Positions 1-10,237 are shown, counted from the stretch's first letter. The stretch is DNA of 64,000 nt from Candidatus Omnitrophota bacterium (GCA_903908245.1 CAIVRE010000020.1:2758-66757); one strand, 5' to 3'. Translations and numbers: made by a program. The notes: generated by a model from the sequence alone, not told the origin.

Positions 1-228
1 GATGCTGCGCATATCGTCAATAAAACCAATGTATGCCGCGTCCAACTTGACAGGAACAATACTTTTAAACCCCGACAGGCGCCGCTCTTGATCATTAACA
101 CAACGGATCCTCCCCTCCAATTCTGATATTTTCCAGGATAACGACCGCCATTGACTCAATCCCCAAAACCCTTGGAAAAAAGCCCCAAACACGACACACA
201 CCCAAAGAATGCCCCACATCTTTTTCAT
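1..228 (-). CDS. Partial CDS (3' end outside window), N-terminal TM plus coiled coil, possibly PilO-like
   Basis: ATG at 228 overlaps the upstream stop (ATGA). Frame is open to base 1: MKKMWGILWVCVVFGAFFQGFWGLSQWRSLSWKISELEGRIR... Confidence 0.5.
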   Translation of the reverse strand, partial: MKKMWGILWVCVVFGAFFQGFWGLSQWRSLSWKISELEGRIRCVNDQERRLSGFKSIVPVKLDAAYIGFIDDMRSI

Positions 229-1424
229 ATATTCTCTCCAAAGCCCTTCAAACCCCTATCAAGACGGCTTTTCTGATAGATAACCCTTAAAGCAGGCTGA
301 CCACCTGCAAGCTCATCAACAACTACCGCTTTCGTATAAATCCCCCGGGCATCAAAGAAACCTTCCTCACCTTTAAGAATAAAAACCGAAACCTTCTCGC
401 CGCCCTCTAACCCCGACTCCCAGATAATATTCTGCAATAACCAACCATTCGGCAAAGAATCCAAAAGACTCAAAAAAGACCCCTGCCAGCTGATCACCTT
501 CAACGAACGAAGATACTCCTGATACGTCAAAAGAGAACGCTCTTTCAAAATGGCTTCCCGAGAAACCACCATACTTTCCATACCTTTCATCCGGCTCAAA
601 GCATCCTCACGCAACGTTAACATGATCACCGAAAACAATACCGCCCCGGCTGTTACCAATAACGGCAGCGAGTATTTCAATGCACCCCGACGCCATTCTT
701 CCTGCTTTTGCTTACGCGCCTCTTCTTCAGGCGATGGAAAATGGACGGAAAAACGAGCTCTTTCCAGCACTTCAAAAACTGAAAGCACCGAGTCAACCGC
801 AACAATATCCTCGTGCCCCCGCTGTTTAATAAACGCCTCAAGGAACGCCCCATGATCAGACACCACCTTGACCGCCCCGCACGACCGCAAGCGCTCCAAC
901 AACCGCTTCTCACTGCGCCTCACTTCCTCGGCGATCCGCTCTCCATCCTGAAAAACAAGCTCGCGCGTTTCCACGATCGATAACCCGTCGATAACTGTAA
1001 CGAACACCCGCGCTCCAACATCATTCACCACAATATGTGCTGCGCCTTCCAGGACAAAGCCCGTAGAAAGCAGATACGCCCGGACCGCCAACCCGTATGG
1101 CACGCAAACCTTGATCGAACCCTTGGGAACAATATCGTAAAACCCGCGCAACATTTCTTCCCGCGCGCCCATCACCAGTCCCACTCCGCCTTTCAATCTT
1201 TCCTGACGCATAATGAACCCGCCAGGGAGCTCTGCACTAATCCCTTTATCCGCTGCTGCCGAAAACTTCACTTGCCGATATTCAATCCCTCCCAATAAAA
1301 CGGCCAACTCCTTCGTCGAGCTGAGATCTGATCCCGCAAACTCTTCCAATGACAGCCATTGCAACCCGCCCTCACCGACACAACAAATGCCTCTATCGGT
1401 TAAAATAATGACTTCCATTGTCAT
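225..1424 (-). CDS. Hypothetical pilus-assembly protein, possible PilM-like cytoplasmic domain fused to PilN-like TM/periplasmic domain
   Basis: 399 aa directly downstream of the secretin. Contains VVNDVGARVFVTVIDG (actin-like PilM-type strand), then one TM helix and a coiled coil. Confidence 0.45.
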   Translation of the reverse strand: MTMEVIILTDRGICCVGEGGLQWLSLEEFAGSDLSSTKELAVLLGGIEYRQVKFSAAADKGISAELPGGFIMRQERLKGGVGLVMGAREEMLRGFYDIVPKGSIKVCVPYGLAVRAYLLSTGFVLEGAAHIVVNDVGARVFVTVIDGLSIVETRELVFQDGERIAEEVRRSEKRLLERLRSCGAVKVVSDHGAFLEAFIKQRGHEDIVAVDSVLSVFEVLERARFSVHFPSPEEEARKQKQEEWRRGALKYSLPLLVTAGAVLFSVIMLTLREDALSRMKGMESMVVSREAILKERSLLTYQEYLRSLKVISWQGSFLSLLDSLPNGWLLQNIIWESGLEGGEKVSVFILKGEEGFFDARGIYTKAVVVDELAGGQPALRVIYQKSRLDRGLKGFGENI

Positions 1425-2806
1425 CCCCTCTTTGGTGTGATCAAAACTACCAGCTCAACCCTTGAATGTTTCTCCGACTCATAAGAAAATAACCTCCCCA
1501 GGAATGGAAGACGGCCAAGGACCGGGATACCAAAATGATCTTTACTGCGACTTTTTGTTATCAACCCGCCGATGACCGCAGTCTCATTCGCCTTTAACCT
1601 GACCATAGTATTCATGGACTTCATGGATGTTTCAGGCGCCTCAAGCCGGCTTCCTCCCCCAAGGGCGATCGAACGGATATCATCCACGCTGCTCACCACG
1701 GGCGTTACATTAAGGAATATTTCATCGCCGACCATATTGCCAACGATCTGCAACGTTACGCCGCCATGAACCTCCCCCAGAGAACCGCTGACGATCGTAC
1801 CCCCCGACTGGGTAGTTTCAATATTCGACGATTCAACATACGATCTTGTCGCTCCAACCTGGATATTGGCAACAGTATTATTCAGCATGGCGATCCGCGG
1901 TTGAGAAACGACCTCCACCTTTCCGTATGAATCCAGGGCACGAAGCAATACCTTGACCCCTGTCTCGGTATCCCCGGACCCCGCCTTATTAACCGAACCT
2001 GACAACGTAAATGTCCCTGCTGCGGGGAGATTCTCAGCGGCCATGGTGCTTACCCCTTTAAAGCCTTTAAGATCTCCCCGCTCCATCAATGCCGACCAGT
2101 CGATCCCCAGACGATTCTCATCCGAAAGCTCCACCTCGATCACCTTTACGTTCACCAGGATCTGCCGGCTGACACGTCGATTAAGTTCATCAATAAAACC
2201 CTCAACTGTTTCAAGGACAACCGGATTATCCGTTACCAGCATCACTCCGCCGACCCGATTTAACGACACACTGCCAGACGGAGAAAGCAAGGCTTTCACA
2301 TTACGTTCGGCATCCTCCCAATAGGAAAGTCGCTGGATGGTATTCTCAACCACCACCTTGGTCCCCACACGCACCTTGGAAGATCTCTTGTCCGATGTCC
2401 CGGAGCTATCGGTCAGGCTCTCATTGCTCGTCAAAGTATCAAGCTGCTGTTCCACTGGCGGCAAAGCCAACCGGAACACCTTGCTTTCAACCGCCAGGAT
2501 CACAAGGTCCTGTCCATTAACCTTAAAACCATACCCGTGTGAATAAAGGATCGTATTAAGGGCACGCAACACCGTTACATCCTTAAGATCAACATTAATA
2601 TCCGCTTCTTCAACGCCCTTGCCCAGAACAACCCCTTTTCCCGTCGCATCTGCTAGGCTCTTGATCGCTTCGGTTAATTTGAACGACCCGGTCATCGAGA
2701 CCTTGCGCATCAGCTCCGGCATAACAACCACCGTCTCCGCTGCCCATAATGCAGAAGCCCCCAGTAAAGACGATATCAACCATAAACATAGCCATTGTCT
2801 TTTCAT
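1421..2806 (-). CDS. Secretin (PilQ/GspD/MshL family outer-membrane pore)
   Basis: Signal peptide; QILVNVKVIEV, LGIDW, VVSQPRIAMLNN, AVIGGLI, GIPVLGRLPFLGRLF, ELVVLITP secretin motifs. Confidence 0.9.
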   Translation of the reverse strand: MKRQWLCLWLISSLLGASALWAAETVVVMPELMRKVSMTGSFKLTEAIKSLADATGKGVVLGKGVEEADINVDLKDVTVLRALNTILYSHGYGFKVNGQDLVILAVESKVFRLALPPVEQQLDTLTSNESLTDSSGTSDKRSSKVRVGTKVVVENTIQRLSYWEDAERNVKALLSPSGSVSLNRVGGVMLVTDNPVVLETVEGFIDELNRRVSRQILVNVKVIEVELSDENRLGIDWSALMERGDLKGFKGVSTMAAENLPAAGTFTLSGSVNKAGSGDTETGVKVLLRALDSYGKVEVVSQPRIAMLNNTVANIQVGATRSYVESSNIETTQSGGTIVSGSLGEVHGGVTLQIVGNMVGDEIFLNVTPVVSSVDDIRSIALGGGSRLEAPETSMKSMNTMVRLKANETAVIGGLITKSRSKDHFGIPVLGRLPFLGRLFSYESEKHSRVELVVLITPKRG

Positions 2807-3219
2807 TTGATCTGCCTTTCATTAGGAATAACCAAAGGTAACGCGGTAATATCGGCAGCCAAAACCTCAACATGCTCAGGATCCGGCCGAATATCAGAAC
2901 GCAAAGGAAACCCACCGGCTTTTATCCATTCACCGGGGGTAATAATAACAAGCTCATTATGTTCAGGATAAAAGGCTCCTCCCTGAACATGCGCCGGAAT
3001 ACGCACCTCCTGCACCAACGGTGCCGCCCAATTACTGCCACCTAAATAGGGGAAGCCGTTGCCGTTCATCCCATCCGCCATCCTGCCTAGATTCTCTTTG
3101 ATCCCCCGCTGGTAACCTTCGTCATATGCCACGCCGTAACGAGGCGTACCGGTCGATACGCAACCACTCAGAGCCCCGGCCATAACGACCAGGATCAATA
3201 ATATTCTAACGAACCCCAT
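2803..3219 (-). CDS. TraV-like lipoprotein (second copy)
   Basis: Lipobox ALSGC; C-terminal VQEVRIPAHV..FYPEHNELVIITPGEW resembles TraV; AAGGAG SD before ATG 3219. Confidence 0.55.
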   Translation of the reverse strand: MGFVRILLILVVMAGALSGCVSTGTPRYGVAYDEGYQRGIKENLGRMADGMNGNGFPYLGGSNWAAPLVQEVRIPAHVQGGAFYPEHNELVIITPGEWIKAGGFPLRSDIRPDPEHVEVLAADITALPLVIPNERQIK

Positions 3220-5686
3220 AAGGATGCTCCTTTGCACACTGTTTAAGCGCGGCTAACAGGTCTCCGCCCAAACGCTCACGAACAACATTAAGATATTCAT
3301 TGTTTCGCGGCTCAGTATTGGCCGCCCAGTACAAAAAAGGATCCGGTACAAGCCTTATTACACCGGACGATGACGGCGTTATCACCAATGCCTCGGAATA
3401 CTGCCCCTTGACCATATTCAAAGATCGCAAAAGGGCAGTACTCTCCTCACTAAGAGACAGCTCCCTCTTAAAACCTTCGATCAAACTGGGATCCTGTCTT
3501 AAAAATATTTTATTGGAGGTGTTTGCCAGAACAGCTCCCCCTGCTTTCTGCTGAAGAAGGTCGCCAGCCTCCTGCGTAACGGCCACCGCTGAACAACGAT
3601 ACTTCCGGAAGGTCTTGAATGCATTGGCTATAAAATCAGCTGTATTAGACATCTTGAGCAACTGCCATGCTTCATCGATAATGAGAAACTTGCGCTCCGC
3701 GACCACGGCACTCTCGGAGACAAAATTGGTAATAAAGAACATGATATTCAATAACACGACCAGCTGCAGATCAGGATAACGTGACAATTGCGCCAGCTCA
3801 AAGACCGTGAAACGCCCGCAAGACGACAGCTCATTGGGCCCATCGAAGAACTGTCCATACTGCCCATCTTTAGTGAAAGGCGTCAAGCAGAGCGCGAGCC
3901 GTTGCCCCATATCCGCAGGCAATCCCTTCGCTTCACTACAAAAAGGATCTTTAAGCACTTTAACAATATCGCTCAGAATAACCTCTCGGTCCGGGTTTTG
4001 TTCGTACGCCTTGAGAATACTGATCTGAAGCAACCCGCGTTCTTCACGCCCCAAGCGGTCGCGTTCATCGCCACCGGAAGCCATCATGGCAAGCATCTCG
4101 ACCAAGAAAGCTTGGGTTTCCGCTGTAGGTCTTCGATAGAACGGATTAATACACAACGGCTTATCCATCTCGAATGAAACGTACTGCCCGCTTAATACTT
4201 CACATGTCTTGCGATACGAATGCCCCTTGTCCAGTACAAAGAAATATGCGCCGAGACGATAATTCTGATAAATAAGATCGTTGGTCAAAAACGACTTCCC
4301 TGCTCCGGAAGCCCCAATGATCACTGCGTGCGGATTAGTATCAGAGTCGAAGAAATCAATACCTACAGTCTCTGCCCGGCGGTTAAGATACAAAGCCGCC
4401 GGCGTACGCGTACCCCGGAAAGCCCCATACCACGGCAGCAGATCACTAAAGTTATCCGCTAATAACCGACGTGTTCTGCGAACAAAATGATCATAGGCAT
4501 GATCAAAATTCAGCGGAAGGCAGCTCAAGAACAATGAAGGCGCAATAATCTCCTCTTTCAATCCCTCAGCTCCAAGACGGCTGAGGCTGGCTATGAATGC
4601 GTCCGCAGAACGATCCGCTTCATCGGCGGTCGCTGCAAACGGGATAAAATGAACCCGGCCATATACCACCGCCCTGCCGCCTTTAAATGATTCGCTGATC
4701 AAAGAACTAAGCTCTTCTTTCTTCTGGACCGCCTCTTCACTGATATCCCCCAATGAGGAAGTTCTTTGAATAAACGCAAACGCCTTCTGGAATTTAAGAC
4801 GCGCAAGCGCCTGCGATTGATCGGGAATAATAAAATTCATGACAACCAAGAATTCACGACAAACATCTAAAAGAGACGGCCCATTGCCTGAAGAACAGGT
4901 GACCATGCCTGCCCAAGTCCTCGATGGAAGCTCTTTAAGTGTAACCACACGGGTATGCCGGCCATCAAGGACAAACCCCCGTCCTTCAGCTAATGGCGCG
5001 TTATACAGGATCTGATCCCTGATAAAACGCCCCGCGGTTTTCTCTTTTTTCACCTGAAGTGAACGACGCGGATTAAGCACACGATACAAGAAATGGATCA
5101 CATCATCCGCATCCAACACTTTTAACAGCATCCCTGTTGCACGCAAGGCATTCTCGAAAGGGACAACAAGCTTCAAGAACGTTTCATGCTCTTTTTCAAA
5201 AATACCAGGGCCATAGTGACCCCCGACGACAAAATACACACGTGCGCGTCCAGGCCAGGATGGTGCTTGAAATTGAGGAAAATACCGGGCCGTGAGGAAC
5301 ACCCTTAATTCACGGGGAAAAACAGTCTTTTGCAAATGTTCAAGTTTCTCATCGATGGCTGCCCGCACGATCCCGGAGGCCTCTTTCACCCCGGCCATCC
5401 GATAATCGTCCAGGTTCGCACTGATATCCGTATCACTCCAAAGAATAACTTGAAGGCAAAGCCTGGATGAAAGGCGGCTCAGAATGCCCGCAACCTGGGA
5501 AGAAAAATCATCCAACATATCCATGGAAGCGGCCTCTGCCCCAAAGGGCTTGACTTCCCACACCCGGCCAAGGCTGCCATCGACATTCACAAAAACACCT
5601 CCCACCTCATCCGCATACGGTAAATGATCCAGCAGCGATGGCCCCTCATTAAATATCTTCTCAATATCCAAAGCCGTTAAAGCCAT
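3206..5686 (-). CDS. traC: TraC/VirB4-family T4SS ATPase (F-type)
   Basis: 826 aa; Walker A GASGAGKS, FFVLDKGHSY, Walker B FLIIDEAW, FKTFRKY, AVTQ. Confidence 0.9.
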   Translation of the reverse strand: MALTALDIEKIFNEGPSLLDHLPYADEVGGVFVNVDGSLGRVWEVKPFGAEAASMDMLDDFSSQVAGILSRLSSRLCLQVILWSDTDISANLDDYRMAGVKEASGIVRAAIDEKLEHLQKTVFPRELRVFLTARYFPQFQAPSWPGRARVYFVVGGHYGPGIFEKEHETFLKLVVPFENALRATGMLLKVLDADDVIHFLYRVLNPRRSLQVKKEKTAGRFIRDQILYNAPLAEGRGFVLDGRHTRVVTLKELPSRTWAGMVTCSSGNGPSLLDVCREFLVVMNFIIPDQSQALARLKFQKAFAFIQRTSSLGDISEEAVQKKEELSSLISESFKGGRAVVYGRVHFIPFAATADEADRSADAFIASLSRLGAEGLKEEIIAPSLFLSCLPLNFDHAYDHFVRRTRRLLADNFSDLLPWYGAFRGTRTPAALYLNRRAETVGIDFFDSDTNPHAVIIGASGAGKSFLTNDLIYQNYRLGAYFFVLDKGHSYRKTCEVLSGQYVSFEMDKPLCINPFYRRPTAETQAFLVEMLAMMASGGDERDRLGREERGLLQISILKAYEQNPDREVILSDIVKVLKDPFCSEAKGLPADMGQRLALCLTPFTKDGQYGQFFDGPNELSSCGRFTVFELAQLSRYPDLQLVVLLNIMFFITNFVSESAVVAERKFLIIDEAWQLLKMSNTADFIANAFKTFRKYRCSAVAVTQEAGDLLQQKAGGAVLANTSNKIFLRQDPSLIEGFKRELSLSEESTALLRSLNMVKGQYSEALVITPSSSGVIRLVPDPFLYWAANTEPRNNEYLNVVRERLGGDLLAALKQCAKEHPYGVR

Positions 5687-6042
5687 CAGCGCCCCTCTCC
5701 CTCGATGAACCAGCGCGTTCGTTCAAGCATCACGAACGACCAATGCCCGCCCACCATGATATTCTTGTCCTCTTTAACAATATGGGACGGCACCCAAACC
5801 TTGATAACTCTCGGGAGAAGGATCACCGGAAGATATGGCTTCACCACCCCGAGTGGCGCATCCAGCGAAAGAAGAGGTCTCCCTTCAGCGTCCGTCTTTT
5901 CCGCCTGCTTGGCCTGACGATAAGTCTCCGCGAACGTACGGGCCTTCTTTTCATCAGAAGCCCTCTGTCCCGACGATGAAACAGAAGCGCAGCCGCTAAT
6001 CCAAATAACGAACATTATCAGGCTTATTGCTCTTAAGGCCAT
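5686..6042 (-). CDS. traV: TraV lipoprotein
   Basis: Lipobox ISGC; PRVIKVWVPSH...GGHWSFVMLERTRW TraV-type C-terminus; lies between traB and traC. Confidence 0.75.
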   Translation of the reverse strand: MALRAISLIMFVIWISGCASVSSSGQRASDEKKARTFAETYRQAKQAEKTDAEGRPLLSLDAPLGVVKPYLPVILLPRVIKVWVPSHIVKEDKNIMVGGHWSFVMLERTRWFIEGEGR

Positions 6043-7132
6043 TGATCCGCACTCCTTCCAGAATGATCAAATATACATCCACCCCCGACTCAACCCGAAC
6101 CGCAGGAATGATGGAACTCAGTTGATCCGCATAATATTTTGATAATTGCGCCGCACTTTGAGAGAGTCCCTGAAATGCGGCATACCTGCCAACACTGCCT
6201 GTCACATTACGTGACACCCGCCCGCTCGATGACCTTACAGCCGTTGTCTCTCCATCCGCAATGGCCCCGGAAGCACCTCCCAAAAAACCGGTCATGAACG
6301 ACGATGCCATCTGCGCCCCCGTATTGCGCACAACGACCCCCCGGATCCCAAGCTCTCCGTTAATATCCGTAACATACCCGATATTACCCTGCTGTTGGAA
6401 CTCCCGGCCATCCGGCAATATCGCAGACAATGTCACTGCCTGGATGAGCGCCCGCTCACTATTAAGCTCGCCAACAGCTTTCCCGATCACAAACGCGCCC
6501 TCGAGAGGAATTCGGGCCTCATTCGGACCATAAAACGCCTCATTCAAACGAATAAGCACCGGCAACGGATTATTCTGGTCCGAAGGAGCATAAACCCCGG
6601 TCAAAAGCGTTCCGCGAACAAAACTTCCCGACGGCAAGAATACGCCCTCTTTCTCCGGTTCCGATACAGGATTAATATTAACGACTTCCAACCGATAACT
6701 TTCAACACGCCCCCCTGCCGGAGAAAGGGAAGGTTTCTCCGCAAATTTTGTTTCCAACCTCATGACGCTATCATTGATCCCTCCCTGGATCTTCAATACT
6801 TCAGCGATCTTTTTATCCAACACTTCAATCTGAACTTCCATCTGATGGCTTCTTTCCTGCGCGCCATGATATTGTTCTTCCAGTCGCCCGACAAAAGCCT
6901 TGCGGTCCACATCCTCGTCAAGAAATAACCCCGACCGTTCCATATTCGACGCCTTTGGCTTATCGATTTCCAATTCACGTTGCCTTGGACTCTCGGAGAT
7001 CTTTTCAACCTTCCTTGGCGCATGATTTGATGAAAAAACAAATAACAGGACAAAAAAAAGAGCACCCCCCACCCACAACCACATACGGCGGTCATTCATC
7101 AATAACTTGAGCCTCTCGAGTATTTCATTCAT
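5996..7132 (-). CDS. traB: TraB/VirB10-family protein
   Basis: N-terminal TM, coiled coil, LPSGSFVRGTLLTGVYAP, GELNSERA, GIRGVVV. Confidence 0.85.
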   Translation of the reverse strand: MNEILERLKLLMNDRRMWLWVGGALFFVLLFVFSSNHAPRKVEKISESPRQRELEIDKPKASNMERSGLFLDEDVDRKAFVGRLEEQYHGAQERSHQMEVQIEVLDKKIAEVLKIQGGINDSVMRLETKFAEKPSLSPAGGRVESYRLEVVNINPVSEPEKEGVFLPSGSFVRGTLLTGVYAPSDQNNPLPVLIRLNEAFYGPNEARIPLEGAFVIGKAVGELNSERALIQAVTLSAILPDGREFQQQGNIGYVTDINGELGIRGVVVRNTGAQMASSFMTGFLGGASGAIADGETTAVRSSSGRVSRNVTGSVGRYAAFQGLSQSAAQLSKYYADQLSSIIPAVRVESGVDVYLIILEGVRINGLKSNKPDNVRYLD

Positions 7133-7809
7133 CGCGATGCCACCATATATAAAATGCCCTTCGATCCTGAAGTCCCTGCAGCGGTCAAAATATCTTTCTG
7201 CGACGTCACCGCCAATAAACCCGGAAAATTAAACTGTTCCACCGGTATCACCAGGGACTGCGGCAATAAATTCTCCGCCGTTAGAACATAACCGACGATT
7301 TCCGGCATTTCATACATGAACATTGTCCTGATCCGCACCCGGGCATCTTCAAAGATCACTGTTTCACGCAAGGTTTCCACCGCGCCGGATGGCGCACGCC
7401 CCGCCGCCAGTTCCCGAATAAGGTCAATGCTTGAAAGCGTGCTTGTCTCGGTAATACCTGCCTCCTTCTGGGGCTCAATGACCACTTTCTCATCAAATCC
7501 TTTATCAAAAACAAATTTAAGCCGGTACGAACGCCCGATACCGTCGATAACCACCAGCTCGGCAGGATCCCGCAACAACGGCGTAATGAATAAATGCCCC
7601 GCCACGTGTTCCACTTTTAGACTTGCCGCATCACCCGAACGGACAATATTGGAAACCCCGCCTCCAACGACGACCTCAATGGCCTTTCCCATCTCGGACC
7701 GGACTTCCACCGCCCCCTCCTGCAACACATGTTTCACCTCCTGGGCCTCGGCACACACCACTGCGCCAAAAACAAGGACAAGGACCAACGTGCATCTATT
7801 TTGTCTCAA
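7129..7809 (-). CDS. traK: TraK-like protein
   Basis: Position between traE and traB; signal peptide; GHLFITP and SYRLKF motifs; probable TTG start at 7809 with GAGGTG SD (ORF open to 7842). Confidence 0.65.
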   Translation of the reverse strand: MRQNRCTLVLVLVFGAVVCAEAQEVKHVLQEGAVEVRSEMGKAIEVVVGGGVSNIVRSGDAASLKVEHVAGHLFITPLLRDPAELVVIDGIGRSYRLKFVFDKGFDEKVVIEPQKEAGITETSTLSSIDLIRELAAGRAPSGAVETLRETVIFEDARVRIRTMFMYEMPEIVGYVLTAENLLPQSLVIPVEQFNFPGLLAVTSQKDILTAAGTSGSKGILYMVASR

Positions 7810-8434
7810 CGGACACCTCTTCTTTCCTGATATCCAACACACTTAAAGCATATGGATTATCCCCGGTTGATGCCGACCTCAATAACACGACCACAAAACA
7901 TACAGGTTCAACCGACATTTCTTCTTTCCCCATATAGATCCCGCGTTTCCCCTCCATCGCAACCTTAAAAACACCTTTGTCTTCTTCAACCCGCGGCTCA
8001 GCTGTCAACATAAACACACTGGATAATCGATCCCGGCGGATCTTCTCAATCTCATCAGCAGCCCGCGCATGCACCCGGGATAGCAAGCCCGGAGCCATGG
8101 ACTTTGACGAACGCGTATAAACACCCTCGATCGTGTCCGGCGTATAATTCATCCATCCCGTCAACCACATAACAGCAAAACTGCGTACCGAAACCAACGG
8201 GACATTATCCGGATAAGACATGCCGGAAGACACCGCACCGGGAATGTAATACACCGCCTTTGGACGAGTCACAGAATAGGCGAATGCTATCAGCACAACA
8301 ACCAATAGCCCCGACAATAAATATACGCCCCTGCGCATCTGAATGTTTTCATTCTCCGCACGCGCATAACGTTCAAAAAAAATAGTGCTTTTGGACCTCA
8401 GCGGCTTATCCGCATTAACACGTTCATCACCCAT
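7796..8434 (-). CDS. traE: TraE-like protein
   Basis: Single TM, WMNYTPDTI, NPYAL C-terminal motif (VirB8-like fold); traL-E-K-B synteny. Confidence 0.7.
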   Translation of the reverse strand: MGDERVNADKPLRSKSTIFFERYARAENENIQMRRGVYLLSGLLVVVLIAFAYSVTRPKAVYYIPGAVSSGMSYPDNVPLVSVRSFAVMWLTGWMNYTPDTIEGVYTRSSKSMAPGLLSRVHARAADEIEKIRRDRLSSVFMLTAEPRVEEDKGVFKVAMEGKRGIYMGKEEMSVEPVCFVVVLLRSASTGDNPYALSVLDIRKEEVSVETK

Positions 8435-8721
8435 TAATAAACCTCTTCCCTGCCATATACCGCATACCGGCCTTCTCCCGGAGGAAGAAGCCCATCGAAT
8501 GGAATGCCCGAACGATATAAAAGATGGACCATAAACCCTTCCGGCCTCCCGCGCTTAAGCGCGGCTAACAAAGGCCAACTAATAAAAAACAAAATAAGCG
8601 GAACCGTTGGCGTTAATATGACGGCAGGAATACCAAAAAGCAGCATAAGCACCGCCACATCCTCCCCCTCAAGCCCAAGAATTAATAATGGCCGATCGAT
8701 CGTCCGCGGGCAATTACGCAT
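8434..8721 (-). CDS. traL: TraL-like protein
   Basis: 95 aa; PRTIDRPLLILGLE, KRGRPEGFMVHLLYRSG typical of TraL. Confidence 0.75.
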   Translation of the reverse strand: MRNCPRTIDRPLLILGLEGEDVAVLMLLFGIPAVILTPTVPLILFFISWPLLAALKRGRPEGFMVHLLYRSGIPFDGLLPPGEGRYAVYGREEVY

Positions 8722-8723
8722 AA

Positions 8724-9014
8724 TTAAAATATGTTCAAAAAATTGGGTAAAAATACCAGCGCCAGCAATGCCAGAACACACCCCACGGCAGCCCCATAAT
8801 CCTTATGGACGATCTTCCAGATCGCTACGATCAGAAAGATCAAGGCCAAAACCTTGGATGCTGGCCCGGTCATCACCTTTACCATAAAACCAGCCAGATT
8901 ATTGAACTCTTCACTGGCCTTGTCCTCTGCTCCAGACGTTTGAGCCCACACCGCTGAGTACGACGATAAACCCGCCCATAAGAAACACAACAGCCATAAT
9001 TTGATCTTTTTCAT
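8724..9014 (-). CDS. Conjugative pilin (TraA/VirB2-like)
   Basis: Signal peptide ending AVWA, two hydrophobic helices, immediately upstream of traL. Confidence 0.65.
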   Translation of the reverse strand: MKKIKLWLLCFLWAGLSSYSAVWAQTSGAEDKASEEFNNLAGFMVKVMTGPASKVLALIFLIVAIWKIVHKDYGAAVGCVLALLALVFLPNFLNIF

Positions 9015-10237
9015 ACAGCTCCCTTTCTTTTGAACATCATCAGAGGCAACAACAATACAGCCATCGCCAACAATCCCACAACACCTACCAGAGGCATATC
9101 CCACAAAAAGACTTTTCCCCCGTATAAAATATTATTAACATCAAACACCAGCGAGGAGACACGATCGATGATCGCCCAAAACAACGGGATCAATTTCAAA
9201 ACAAAAAGATATTTCAAGAAAACCCACAACAAAGAAATATCAGAACTAAAGAACACAAATACCAGAAAAAATGGGAATGCCGCCCATACACTCCAAAGGC
9301 ACGCTCCATACAGGACCGGAAAGACCGACAGCCAGACACGGCTCATCTGGTCCACCATAGCGCCCGCTCTGACATTTAAAGTCATGCTGCGGGCCTGAGC
9401 GGTCTCCTTCTGCCCCGAAAAACTCATGGCCGTATATGCCCATGAAGCATGGGCGGCATCCGCCTCTATTAACGCACGCACTGCCGCGTCTTTTAAGGAA
9501 CTGCCGTCATAATAATCGCGTGAAACCCTTTCAAATAACTCATCCTTGTTGATGAACGTATAAATAGCATCTTCCAACACCCTCCAATCGGATGCAGCCT
9601 GAGACGTATATAACGGAAGAATTTCCTCAGAACCTGGCCATAATGACTGTCCAACCAAAGGATCTTTTTCATTGAGCGTACGCAAGGCCTGAAAATAATG
9701 ATCCTGATAGAAATTAACCAGTTTCTCTTTTAACAACTGATCATTAAGACCCGCCATCAATCGATCCCGTGTCAACAACCAAAACTTAGACGTAGAAAAA
9801 GGCTCTTTCAGGAAACTTGCATTATGACCACGCGCCCGATCAACCACCGAGATCATGCCATTAGTGAAAGCGGACATTCCTTCTGCGAGAAACACTACTA
9901 CGGGACTTGCCAAAAGTTGATCGATCCCGGCCTTCCTTAATATGTCATCAGTCCTGATTTGAACGTACCCGCCCCCTTCCATACCAGAAAGCGGCAGTCT
10001 TAGGGGCGTCCTCGGCATGATCAGCAGAAACAAAAAGGAAAAGAATATCGAACAAAAGAATATGACTGAGGAAAAATTTGCATTCTTCAAAGAACGCGAC
10101 ATAGAAAAAAGAAAACCGGAAACAAAAATAACCTTTCCTGCCAATGTCTCAATAAAAATATACCTCATCAAGGCTGAAGATTGATGAAGCCCAATCAATT
10201 CGAATGCGTTGTCAATTGGTGTTATTCCACAAGTCAT
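9011..10237 (-). CDS. TraG N-terminal-domain-like polytopic membrane protein
   Basis: 408 aa; TM helices at both ends flanking a periplasmic domain; AFPFFLVF..LIPLFWAIID pattern; first gene of the tra operon. Confidence 0.5.
   Translation of the reverse strand: MTCGITPIDNAFELIGLHQSSALMRYIFIETLAGKVIFVSGFLFSMSRSLKNANFSSVIFFCSIFFSFLFLLIMPRTPLRLPLSGMEGGGYVQIRTDDILRKAGIDQLLASPVVVFLAEGMSAFTNGMISVVDRARGHNASFLKEPFSTSKFWLLTRDRLMAGLNDQLLKEKLVNFYQDHYFQALRTLNEKDPLVGQSLWPGSEEILPLYTSQAASDWRVLEDAIYTFINKDELFERVSRDYYDGSSLKDAAVRALIEADAAHASWAYTAMSFSGQKETAQARSMTLNVRAGAMVDQMSRVWLSVFPVLYGACLWSVWAAFPFFLVFVFFSSDISLLWVFLKYLFVLKLIPLFWAIIDRVSSLVFDVNNILYGGKVFLWDMPLVGVVGLLAMAVLLLPLMMFKRKGAV

Noticed and set aside
1-10237. 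Direct link between the tra operon and the miaB-inserted element
   Set aside because: They are separated by 39 kb of core genes, and no relaxase or oriT was recognised in the element
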